Assembly (NCBI RefSeq): GCF_964204865.1
Contig: NC_135259.1
Span: forward strand, 10,478,001-10,542,000
Length of the DNA: 64,000 bases
Reading direction: 5' to 3'
Origin: Styela clava
Lineage: Eukaryota
The notes under the pieces were generated by a model. It was not told where the DNA came from. It ran no database searches and was given only the letters and a program-made list of their open reading frames with translations. The translations under genes were made by a program, and so were the position numbers. The stretch's first letter is position 1; every line of letters begins with the position of its first letter. Shown piece after piece: positions 50,921 to 62,379 of the stretch.

Positions 50921-51259
50921 TTGAAGTGGTAAACACCAAGTCAATACTGCCTCATTGCTTTTGACAAAATCTACTGTGCACTATTTTGCTTACAGATTCC
51001 TAAACTATATCAACTTGAATCAGTAACTTTAGAATCCTTACCCAATATTGATAAAATCCCTGGTATTGAAAACAAACTACGCTCTTGAATATGTTTAAAA
51101 TTATTATTAATTTAAAATTATAATAAAAAACTTAAAACAATTGGAGCACTATTCCCAAATGGAATACCTATTTACGTCAACATCTTTTAAATTTATTATA
51201 CAAATTCAGGCTTATGCCCAGAGAATCTAGAGATAAATCTTTACTATAATAAAACAATT

Positions 51260-54200
51260 TCAATTCACAGTCCTCTTGTTTTTGGCAACTAATTTGTCAT
51301 GTTCATCCCAATATGCTTTCGATTGCATTTCTTTTAATCTCGAAACTGCTCTCTGAAATGCAAATTGTTCTTCTTCTCCAGAAAACACATTCAGATCTGT
51401 AGTTGTATCATCCTATCCAAATGAAAATAATACAAATGAAAATAATACAATGTTGACACAGTTGAAGAAATCCCAAAGTGATGAGCATTTGTATCAACTC
51501 ACTTGTGTCAATGCTAAGTCATCCAGGATCATTGTATTCTGGAGCATGACTTGAGTCTTTTGTTCTTCCGTTGCTTGTACAAATAAGTTTATTGGGTCAG
51601 GAACTGCACCAGACATTACTAACCCAACCTTGTTAATTCAAAATATTAGAAATGAAATTGATTGAAATCTTTGTACACTCCATGATACATCAGAAGTTTA
51701 AATTACGGAATATTGCCATAATATCGCACAAATTGATACACCGGTAAATTATGGGCAGACTCTTCAATTTGTCACCCTTTGATGCAAGAGAAATCTTTGC
51801 AGCACGACACAACACTTTCTAAACATAACTTCTATTTTTGAGGTGTTGTAATGGGCAAGAATCCAAGATAAACACTCGAATAATTTTGTACTAAACATTT
51901 TGTGATGTTAGGTGAAATGCAAATACAGCTTATCAGTTTAAAGACTATCAATGTATTCTGGATGCTTGCTTTTTAAATCATTAACATCTAAGTTAAGAGT
52001 TAATATTGATCCTAAAAATATACCTTTGCGTCATAAAAAGTATCTATCAAAGTGATGAGTCTTCTAGCTTCTTGCTTTCGAAAAATGTTCAGTAGGGGTA
52101 CATCACGGATTATTACCACATCAAATCGTTTAGCTAACTCAATGTAATCAACTGCGCCAACAGGCTGAAAAGAATGTAAATACTGTCTGTCATATTGCTA
52201 ATAATGTGTGTTTGTGATCATTTTGCATTGTCGAAATGCATCCTGTAGTGTAGATAGTATTTAATTTATTGACAGCACACTGAATACAAATAAATGCCAT
52301 CAATCATAGAAAATACTATTTAAATTTTCGAAATTGTAATCCTAGTTGGGACATCATGCAATATCACAAATGCTTGTCCAAGTTCTAGGGCCATTATTCG
52401 ACTGTCATTTTGCATTTGAAGATAAATATAATTGCACTTCAATCTAACCTTCATACATATGTCTTCAAAACTAAAATCGGCTACTCCGCCATTGAATTTT
52501 GGAACAAATAAATCACGGCCTAGCACTCGCAACGTAGTAGGCTTTGTTTCATATTTTGTCTTCTGCAACGAGGCATGATAGTTGAAAATATCGTCCAAGT
52601 TTGAGTTAACATCATCGTCCGAAGATCTGAAAGGAGAATACTGGTATTAATAGGTAACATTACATAGTGTTTGAAATTTTTGAAACTGAGCAATAGGCCC
52701 AATTTGATTCGTTCAGAAAAGACAAAGTAATATTCCCTAACAATTTCAGTAATATTTCAAATTATTGAAATCACCAAACTTTTATTCTTAAATACAGCGT
52801 TTACTCATAAAGAAATGTATGGAGTATTTATTAAATTTCACCACCAAATATATTAGCTTTGAATAGGCAAATGTGTATAACTGAGCCTTTAGTTACCGGA
52901 TACCTGAAATAGATGATAGCCAGGACTCCATAGTAAACAAGCTTATGTGCAGTTACCGTAGTTCATTAGCATATTTCCAAACAAAACATTCCATATGAAA
53001 TAATGATTTAATGTTAAAATAATGTATATTCAACAATATTTTACAACTCACAACAAATATACTCTTCCATCACAGGGTGGACCTAAAAGTCTGTAATCAG
53101 TATATGAGTCTATGCAATGTGAATAACAGTGATGGGTTAAAATATTTATAAATGGTAAAAAGTTTGATCGTTGTAAACCTCCTTTGTACAAATCTGCAAA
53201 AGAAAATGGAAAAAACATTAACCAGTGACAATAAAAAAATATTCATATCCACACACTGTATTTAAATACCATAGAATTCACACAACTACAAAAAATGGAA
53301 AATATGCTTGCATAATATTCAAAACGATTACTAAGCTTTGCAATGGAATTTCATGATGAGTAAAAGTGTGGCTATAACCTTTCAAACGAGTAAAGCAATA
53401 TAAAATTCTGCCAGGAAGTCGAAAAACTGTAATTTTCAACTGATTAACACATACCTTCAGGAGCTCTATTGCTTGTAGCAACCATAACAATACCGTTCTT
53501 AAATAACTCTGTGAATAGTCGTTTCAGGATCATTGCATCAGCAATATCAGTTACCTAAATAAGAGACAATAGAAAAAAAAATCAGGTTACCTCTTACTAT
53601 GCAAATTGAGTATGAAGATAATGGCCATTAAATAGGATAGAATAGGATTTACATATTTATCCGGGGGAGAGGAAAGCCGATGAGCTGGCTTAATCATATG
53701 GCGAACCACGGCCTCTCGTCCGGTTACCTGTCCAGGATAGGTATGGGGTTAATTAGCCAGTTATTTGTTTTTTTTCTTCGAAAGCATGGACTTGATAATG
53801 GAGGAAGCCGTAACCGACCAGCGGTTACGTGAACCACCCTACGGCGGCAGAAGTCCAGCATTCCTCTCGCACATGATCATCCCCGCATGGGATTCGAACG
53901 AGCGATCCCACGAAGGGTAATCAGAGATGCAGCGGTGAGCGTATTCCTAACGCTTAGCGCGATGCGCCACACCGCCGAGCGAGATAAATGAAACTATATT
54001 CGGAGGTAAAAACAGAGATTAGTTTCAAGTGTGAAAAACGACTGGACTACTACATATTTATCAAATTTAAGCAAACTGACCTGAAATTCATCAAAGCAAA
54101 GAAGCCATGTTTCATCACTAATTTCTCTGGCAACTGGTCCTATAGGATCATATGGTTGAGGTTTAGAACCATGTTGTCGAGGTATTGACTGTTTCAAGCG

Positions 54201-56830
54201 ATGGATTCCTGGTAAGATATAAATCAGATTCAGAAATAATAATTAAACATTTCTGATTTAATATTTCAAGCTGCCTAAGGTTTGTATTTACTCAAAATTA
54301 TTAGCACATCTTTTTAAATATCAACATCCCATTGTCTATTTCCGTATTCATTCTGAATTAAATATATTATGAGACTTTCACTATGAAAAAGGTTCGTATT
54401 AACCAATGAAAAGTTCTGAAAATAGTATGGAAGTATGAGCAAGATCATTGATGAAGATCAAGAACAATGTGGGCACTAAACAACAGTCTTGATGATTCTG
54501 TGGATCACAGTCAAGACAGGGAGAAAATGTGCACCTATTGTAACATATCATGGTCTAGTAATTAGTGATGAGTTGAGTTGCTACTCCTCTTAATGCCACC
54601 ATGCATAGCTTATAGATTTGGATTTCAGCATCAATGGTTCAAGCGATAATCAAAAGGGAGTCTCAAAATCTTCTTTCCTTTCCAGTTTGTCATAGATATC
54701 ATATCTCAAATAACATAAGACATGGAATGTTTGCTTTGCGAACAGTATGGTCAATGGTTATTTAATAGACAGTCCTTCGAAATAAAGATCACTGCTCTTT
54801 CATGAATTAGGCACTAAATAGAATTGGTCATCTTACTTTGAAACCTGTTTTGTATTGCTAGATATAGAATTTGTTCTATTCATGCAGCAGGCAAGGGTGT
54901 CAAGTTCTGCTACATATCCTGTCGATCTTGCGACTAAAAATAGCTACTTCACACAATGAATAATTGCATACTGTATAATTTTCCATATATTTAACTTCAC
55001 AATCTGTAATTAATTCGTGTTGACACTTTGATACATAATTGGCGGATTATTGAAGAATCTACTTGATTTTTGGTAATTGGACACCGGTATGATTAAGTCA
55101 ACTATCAGCTTAAACAAATATGGTGGATAAAAATCCTACTCGCATGTACATCAAGCATGAATGCATGAAAATGAACACGTCGTTTGTTCTTAATTTTGCA
55201 GCAATGATAGAATAAATCCATTATCATAGTTTTCCCAGTTCCAACACTTCCATGAATATAAAGTCCTTTGGGAGGTTTAACAGCTGTTGAAAATATCTAA
55301 AAATGTGAAACATACTCAAAAGTGTAGGATAGAAATCACAGTTTGTCTGCATGAAAAGAATCGATTTAGGAGATAAAAATATGTTATTAAACGCTGTCGA
55401 ATGGACACTTCGCTTTGTTGCTACAGCAAAGTTTTTGACCGCCTCAAACAAATAGAGGTTCAAACCATTCCCAGACCCCTCAAATATAAATCACAAACTG
55501 TGCAATTATAAGTGATACTAGTTGTATCTACTCAGTGGTTAAGACCTGTGGCAATATAAGATGATGATTTTAGACTTGCCTGGACAGCGGGTATATGTCG
55601 GAGTTTCTAGTGAGATTTTGTCCGTTATTACAAGGTGAACTTTACTTGTTTACAGAATCATGATTCATACCATGCATGTGAATGTTTCTTTAGTTAGGGA
55701 TAAATATGAAATCCTTTTCCAAAAGTTGAAATCATTGGAATTTCCAATGTGTCAGCAGTCAGTAAAATAGGATTTAGATTTGTGACAATCCCAAAGAACA
55801 CACTGCATATTATAAAACGAAGCTTTGATTGGGCATCACATCTTACATTTGAAAAAAATCCAGAAGAAGCTGTAGCCGGACTATATTTTTCTACGTCATC
55901 ATGTAGTTTATGGAGAAGTTCAATCACTTTTCTTTGTTTTTCATCTTGAGCTATTAAATCTTTTTCTAACAATAGATTATATATAGTTTCAGGTTCTGCA
56001 TTTTGAACATGTGATTGTTCTTCAATGATGTTCTAGGAAAAATATAATTCACAATTTATTTGTATGAATACACAAGCAGATTCAATAGACTACCGCAATT
56101 TTCAAATGCTGCAAGTGTATAATTTCACAAATTTGCTGAAGGCGATTAAATGAATTTAAGATACGAGTGATGTGTCTATTTTTAATTATATAAAAGCATG
56201 TGAAACCTACCCTAATTTCTTCAAATTGCACTTTATTAAGAGAGGTAGAAGAAGAATAAAATTTAATTTGCAAAATATTGAAGTCTTTCCCTTTTGATCT
56301 TGTGGCCAATCCTGAAATAAAAATATGATAAGGTATAATCGTTACAAATAGGAATACGAGAAGAAAACTCAATTTCTTTTCATGGAGAGTTTTCATTTCC
56401 AAAATGAATACTTTATTTACCAGTTCGTTAGCCATTTAAGTTCTTATGTTAACGTAAATGTTTTCAGGTATTTTAATAACTAATCAATGTAAAGTCACAA
56501 ATTAGAATCTATGTTGAATAATTAAACTGGTTTCATCAAGTGCTAATCCATGCGCCTTCACTGTACAATTTCTTTTAGACTTATTTTTCTTTAAGTTGAA
56601 ACGAAGATGCAGTAAAAAAAAAAAATATTTCAGCTTCGTTATGGACCGCATAATATAGGCAACCTACGCTTAGAAGACAAGTTGAACACCCACTGACCTT
56701 TATATAAAATTCTACATCTTGGACACAGATATAAATTTCTATTCACTAGCCTTGTCACAGCATTTGCATATCTGGCAGATACTATACCATTTTGCAGTGA
56801 GTTTCTGAAGAAAACCCCTACCAATGCCAT
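51260..56830 (-). CDS. AFG1L: AFG1-like mitochondrial AAA+ ATPase (LACE1/AFG1L), 11 exons
   Basis: Exons (minus): 56830-56698, 56311-56211, 56032-55847, 55296-55140, 54208-54081, 53554-53455, 53193-53052, 52626-52449, 52164-52024, 51628-51503, 51412-51260. Motifs: [15 protein letters not shown] (Walker A), [30 protein letters not shown] (Walker B), [45 protein letters not shown]. Arg-rich N-terminus consistent with a mitochondrial presequence. Confidence 0.95.
53631..53980 (-). mobile_element. tRNA-derived SINE in an AFG1L intron
   Basis: The minus strand begins gctcggcggtgTGGCGCATCGCGctaagc (A-box-like), has a B box GTTCGAATCC (plus 53890-53899) and ends in a short (tccta/ttcta) repeat tail. 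Related copies occur at 50711 and, as a fragment, near 57378. Confidence 0.8.
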
Positions 56831-57675
56831 ACAATGGCTTTCTAAAATCTAAATCGAAAATAAAACTCAACTAATCAACAATGGTGCATGAATCCAAACT
56901 TTTCATCAAGAAAATCGGTAACAAAAAACATTCGGACTTAATTGGAATCAAAAACAAAAAGAGTTACCGGTATTGTCATACAAAACACAGTAAATAAGCA
57001 CAGCAGATACAGTCATACAATATTGACGAACAAAACTGGTCATCTCAAACTCAACTCATATGTTGAAATAATTAAAAACACATCTCTCATTCAAACTGAA
57101 CTATATCATATAAAGCATTTGACCAAAGTGAACCTATATCTGGAATGAGCCCACCAATTATGTATAAACGTTACTATAGTATATATAACGCAATCAATGC
57201 TTTATAAAAACAGGTTATTTTTAAAGTGACAAATTCATCATGATGGTCAATGTGACACCAATCTAAGTGATATTTCGTTTCTGATGGTCAAAGTAACATT
57301 ACAAGTACACATTGACATACATTTAATAGATTGCTAATTATCTTGCTTGTCATATGGACCTAAAAGACCCTGTAGGTTTCCCTCTCCCAGGATGAATGTA
57401 ATTTCATATAACTTTTCAAATTTATTGTTCACATGAACCATAAATTTACTTTACTGTCATTATGCAATTAACAACAGAGATTTAAAAAACTATATCTTAT
57501 CATTTTTTCATCGAAAATGGTAATTAAACCTCGTATTTTTATTCTTTTTGAATTGGTTCACACAAACATAAAAGTAGGAATCATTGTCAAGTGCTAATTT
57601 ACTATATTAAACTGTTTTAGGCATTCAGCAAGAAAATGAGTATGCAATGAGTATTTTGACATGAAAAATAACATA

Positions 57676-59193
57676 TCACGATTCATCAATCACTTCTTCT
57701 AAATCTAATAGAGTCATGCTGTTAATATCTAACATCTCATTTTCCCCATCAATTTCTGTCTCATTTGAATCAATCAACACTTCGATTGAAGTGGATGAAA
57801 CATTGTCAGTTTCAGTTCTAAATTTTGGTGTTGAATGAAAATTAAATAAATGATTTGAAAGGTGCCTTTTACTTTTGAATACTCCATCACAAAGATGGCA
57901 ATGATGTCCCAATAAAACTGAACAATTTTCTACATGCAACTCATAAGGTTCTTTCCTTCTGTATTTTTTTCCACATTTTGCGCAGAGAAAGTTACAAGAG
58001 TTGCATTCATTTTTCATGTGTGTAATATAAGCACTACGGCTTTCATAAGATTTATTGCAATCATGGCAAGTGTGCAACGGTTTTCTCTCCGCATGCTTTT
58101 CTTTCCTATGAAGACTTAAACTGCGAGAAGATGTATAAGTTTTATCACATGAATTGCAAGCAAATTTTGGTGCATGATTCATGTGAGTTGCTAAATGATT
58201 CTTTAAAGTGCTTTTTTGAGTGAATTTTGCGCCACATTCAGAACACACATATGGCTTTTCTCCAGTATGAATTCTGCCATGAACAATAAGGTCTTTCTTG
58301 TAAAGAAACTTCCTTTCACACACATTGCAGACATGTTTTTTCTCTTCATGATTATGGTAATGTTTCTTCAACTTATTTCTGTTTTCGAAAACTTTCCCAC
58401 AACCATCAAATGGACAAGCAAAAGGTGGTTCAACCGGAAATATCGAGTCATGTTCAACCACAGGTCTTCCACGATTCTGCATCTTGGGATATTTCGAAAG
58501 CAATGTGGTAGCTTCAGATGTAGTATCATTTTTTCCACCCCTTCGCTTTACAGAGAACAGCGATTGCAAATTGTCTACTTTTTCCATAGTTTTTTTCCGT
58601 TTATGTTTGACTTTTGTTTTGTTCTTCTCAGTAGTTGAAATTTCATTATGCAAATCAGCTGCTACGCTAGCAACAATAATATCAAATGCGCTAACATCAT
58701 TTTCATTGTCAATATTATCCGATGCTGCTATCACTTGGGATTCATTGGTCATGTCGTATGAAGCATCTGTCAGCTCAACAACAATTTCTGCATCTTCTAG
58801 TATTTCTTCTGAGTTCTCATTATATTCATTATTATCCTCTTTTGAAGGAAGAGATACGCCAAGTGCGTAGCAAGATTTCACAAAATCATTCATTAAAGAT
58901 TCATCGTTTACATCGGGAGGTTGACCAGTGTAAACATACAATAGTAAAGCATTGAATCCGGATACAGAAAGACCTTGTAAAGCTAACTGAACAATCTTTT
59001 TCTGAGATTTGCCAGACTCTTTAACAATTATATCGAATAGAGTTGGACATGCAGCTATTAAAACACACCTATGAGCCCAAAAAACTGTTTCTTCTACTGA
59101 AATGCTTATATCACAAAGAGTGGGATCATTCAACATTCCAAATATTTGTGAAAGAAGATCAAAACAATGATCTTTCTGAGATGGAAATATCAT
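57676..59193 (-). CDS. BTB/POZ and C2H2 zinc-finger protein (ZBTB-like), paralog 1, 505 aa, single coding exon
   Basis: N-terminal BTB (LCDISISVEETVFWAHRCVLIAACP..GFNALLLYVYTG), acidic linker, about 7 C2H2/C2HC fingers with an HTGEKPY linker. Confidence 0.93.
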   Translation of the reverse strand: MIFPSQKDHCFDLLSQIFGMLNDPTLCDISISVEETVFWAHRCVLIAACPTLFDIIVKESGKSQKKIVQLALQGLSVSGFNALLLYVYTGQPPDVNDESLMNDFVKSCYALGVSLPSKEDNNEYNENSEEILEDAEIVVELTDASYDMTNESQVIAASDNIDNENDVSAFDIIVASVAADLHNEISTTEKNKTKVKHKRKKTMEKVDNLQSLFSVKRRGGKNDTTSEATTLLSKYPKMQNRGRPVVEHDSIFPVEPPFACPFDGCGKVFENRNKLKKHYHNHEEKKHVCNVCERKFLYKKDLIVHGRIHTGEKPYVCSECGAKFTQKSTLKNHLATHMNHAPKFACNSCDKTYTSSRSLSLHRKEKHAERKPLHTCHDCNKSYESRSAYITHMKNECNSCNFLCAKCGKKYRRKEPYELHVENCSVLLGHHCHLCDGVFKSKRHLSNHLFNFHSTPKFRTETDNVSSTSIEVLIDSNETEIDGENEMLDINSMTLLDLEEVIDES

Positions 59194-59223
59194 GATTTAC
59201 AGTTATCACTTAATGTAGGAGAT

Positions 59224-59240
59224 CTGAAAATAAAAAAAAG
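59224..59240 (-). promoter_or_regulatory. Splice acceptor 30 nt upstream of the ZBTB paralog 1 ATG (candidate SL trans-splice site)
   Basis: Minus strand ctttttttattttcAG|atctcc. Equivalent sites are tattttattttcAG at 61557-61558 (paralog 2) and atttagattttAG at 56842-56843 (AFG1L). Confidence 0.55.
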
Positions 59241-60038
59241 TAAAATAAAATTTATTAGCATGAATATCCATATAAATAATATTAAATACAATAACAAAGA
59301 AAAATGTGGCAAGGTCTAATATTTGTTGTTAAATAATAAGAGGCAAACTAGCAACGTAAACATGATTCCGATATCAATTTTCATCGTGCAAAATCAATAT
59401 ACGATATGAAATAAATAGAAGGCATGTAACAAATTACAAAAACTGATATTGGCTTGTTGCAGTTATTATATGATCATAGAGTTTGGTAACTACGGACACA
59501 GAGCTTCAGAGATCCTTCCGAGATGAAAAATATCATATCGAGCAACTTATATGATTTTGACGTATGCGCATTTCAGCAAATAATACGATATGGTTTGTGA
59601 AATTAGCTATTTTTAACACCAAATCATCTAATGAATCCAGAATCAGGAATAAAATTGTTATGGACTCGATTGCCTCTGCAGAAATGTGTATGTTGAATCC
59701 TTAATATAATGTGGAATAACAACCCACATTGCTAATTTCGCCATTAAACTACCGGTAATACCCAGGAGTTAGGGGCATGACTATGAGATCCAAATCATTG
59801 TGTGCAAATCTTGGCAATGATTTCTGAAAATATTACAATTGAAACTGAAATGTTGACTAAAGTAGCAACAAAATAGAAAAAATATTTGAAGTTGTGATTG
59901 CTACACAAAAAAGTAAAGCAACTTTTTTCAACGTAAAATGACATTTGAGCAACAAAATCAGGTGAAAATTGAGTATTTAAACATGGAAAATCTAGCAACT
60001 ACCCTGAACGGGTTGGTCATTTGGCTGAAATTGGGAAT

Positions 60039-61526
60039 CTAATCTTTCCCAATTATTTCTGTCTCATTTGAATCAACACACACTTGCACTGAAGCAGCTG
60101 AAACATAGTCTGTCTCGGTTTTATATTTTGGTGTTGAATGAAAGGAAAATATGTGATTTGAAAGATGTCTTTTATTTTTGAATACTCCATCACAAAGATG
60201 GCACTTATGCTTTAAAAACACTGAGCAATTTTCAATATGGAGCTCATAGGCTTCTTTTTTGCGATATCTTCTGCCACATTCTGCACAATGGAAGTTGCTA
60301 GAAATACATTCAGTTTTCATGTGTGCAATATAAGCATTACGGTTTTCATAAGATTTATTACAATCATGACAAATGTGTAAAGGTTTTATGTCTGTATGTT
60401 TCTCCCTGATATGAAGACTCAAACTGCGAGAAGATGTATAAGTTTTATCACATGAATCGCAAGCAAATTTTGGTGCATGAGTCATGTGTGTTGGTAAATG
60501 ACTTTTCAAAGTGCCTATTTGAGTAAATGTTGCACCACATTCGGAACACACATATGGCTTTTCCCCAGTATGGATTCTGCAGTGAACAATAAGGTCTTTC
60601 TTATATAAAAATTTTCTTCCACATACATCGCAGGCATGCTTTTTCTCTCCATGAATAAAATAGTGTTTTTTCATCTTAATTCTGGTTTCAAAAACTTTCT
60701 CACAACCCTTAAATGGACAAGCAAAAGGTGGTTCAACCGGCAATATTAGGTCATGTTTAACCTCTGGTTCTTCATAATTTTGCATCTTAGGATATTTTGA
60801 AAGTAATGAGGTAGAATCAGATGTAATACCAGCATTCCCACTCCTTCGCTTTACAGAAAAGAGGGAAGGCAAATTGGCGACTTTTTTTGTTGGTTTTTTC
60901 TGTTTACGTTTAACTTCTGTTTTGTCCTTCACAGGTGTTGAAATTTTATTATGCAAATCTCTGTCATAATCACCAGCGGAGCTTAAGTCAGCTACTACAT
61001 GAGTGATAATCTCATCAAGTGAGCTTACATCTTGGTCATTGTCAACATTTTCCAATTTTACAGACACCTGAAATTCATTGTGTTTATCGTGTGAAACATT
61101 TGTGTCTTCCAAAGTTATTTCTGCATCTTTCTGTAATTTATCCGAATTCTCTAGATAATCTTTATTTTTTTGCTTTGATGAAAGAGATACACCGAGTGCT
61201 CTGCAACATTTTACAAAACCCTCCACAATAGATTCATCATTTACATCAGGGGGTTGACCAGTATAAACATACAATAGCAATGCATTGAATCCAGAAGCTG
61301 GAAGACCTTGTAGTGTTAACTGAACAATCTTTTTCTGAGAGTTGCCCAACTCTTTAACAATTATGTTAAACAGAGTTGGACATGCAGTTATCAGAACACA
61401 CCTATGAGCCCAAAATACTGTTTCTTCTACTGAAATGCTTATATCACAAAGACTGGGATCATTCAACATTCCAAATATTTTTGAAAGAAGATCGAAACAA
61501 TGATCCTTCTGAGATCGAAATATCAT
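60039..61526 (-). CDS. BTB/POZ and C2H2 zinc-finger protein (ZBTB-like), paralog 2, 495 aa
   Basis: Same architecture as paralog 1 and colinear with it. Confidence 0.93.
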   Translation of the reverse strand: MIFRSQKDHCFDLLSKIFGMLNDPSLCDISISVEETVFWAHRCVLITACPTLFNIIVKELGNSQKKIVQLTLQGLPASGFNALLLYVYTGQPPDVNDESIVEGFVKCCRALGVSLSSKQKNKDYLENSDKLQKDAEITLEDTNVSHDKHNEFQVSVKLENVDNDQDVSSLDEIITHVVADLSSAGDYDRDLHNKISTPVKDKTEVKRKQKKPTKKVANLPSLFSVKRRSGNAGITSDSTSLLSKYPKMQNYEEPEVKHDLILPVEPPFACPFKGCEKVFETRIKMKKHYFIHGEKKHACDVCGRKFLYKKDLIVHCRIHTGEKPYVCSECGATFTQIGTLKSHLPTHMTHAPKFACDSCDKTYTSSRSLSLHIREKHTDIKPLHICHDCNKSYENRNAYIAHMKTECISSNFHCAECGRRYRKKEAYELHIENCSVFLKHKCHLCDGVFKNKRHLSNHIFSFHSTPKYKTETDYVSAASVQVCVDSNETEIIGKD

Positions 61527-61747
61527 GATTTACAGTCATTACTTGATATCAGAGATCTGAAAATAAAATATCAATTTACTAATTAACATGATATCAATTA
61601 AATAAGAGTAATAATATGTATCATAATAAATGAAACATGGAGAATATTTCAGGTACAAGCTTGACTGGGGATCTCTTGTAAGCTCTAACTTCTTTAAAGA
61701 AAATATAAAATCAATATATTTTTCCTAGAATAGAATATATTGTAAAC

Positions 61748-61934
61748 GGTTCCATTACATTTGAACCCACGTACATTTGAACCCATGACAATTGCACCTG
61801 TATGCTATTGCACCTATGGAATTTTTTTTGTTTCACGGATAGTTAAACCCATGCTAACCCTAACCCATGGGTTTTAGCACCCGCATATAGATTGAACCCG
61901 TGGATATATGCATGGGTTCAAATGTACGGTCACC
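61748..61934. mobile_element. Mutator(MULE)-like MITE with 9-bp TSD (inverted relative of 31641-31810)
   Basis: TSD attgtaaac at 61739-61747 and 61935-61943. Imperfect TIRs GGTTCCATTACATTTGAACCCA / TGGGTTCAAATGTACGGTCACC. Internal ctaaccctaaccc. Confidence 0.88.
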
Positions 61935-62379
61935 ATTGTAAACATGTCCAATAAACTTATACTGATCATTTTGGGCAACTATTAACTTATTCATTAAACA
62001 TAGGCATCTTATCATTTCAAATGATTTTAAATGTGTTTATCAAACTTCACAATTCCACCATCATTTTTAAAAGATTTTTATTATGGTTTACACAAAAAGA
62101 TAAACATCAAGATCATGAACGATGGCAGTAAAGCAGCTTTCTTCAATGCATAGTGTGTTATGTTCAGGGTGACCCCAAAAAAGAAACCCATACAATAAGT
62201 TCCAAATGGCCTGGGTTCCGTTTTATGGTCATGCTGTATATCCACAATATGATTTTGGCGTCAAAATCAAGTACAGCCTATAAATCTTAAAGCGAAAAAG
62301 ATCTAGTCCCAGCAACTACTTATTCAAACTCTAAAAATGTCACATTGTTAAAATCAAAATCCATTTCTTTCCTGTGTAT

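Noticed and set aside
53880-53980. tRNA-like sequence with GTTCGAATCC
   Set aside because: No cloverleaf or acceptor stem, and it continues into a repeated body and tail. It is a SINE head, not a tRNA gene.
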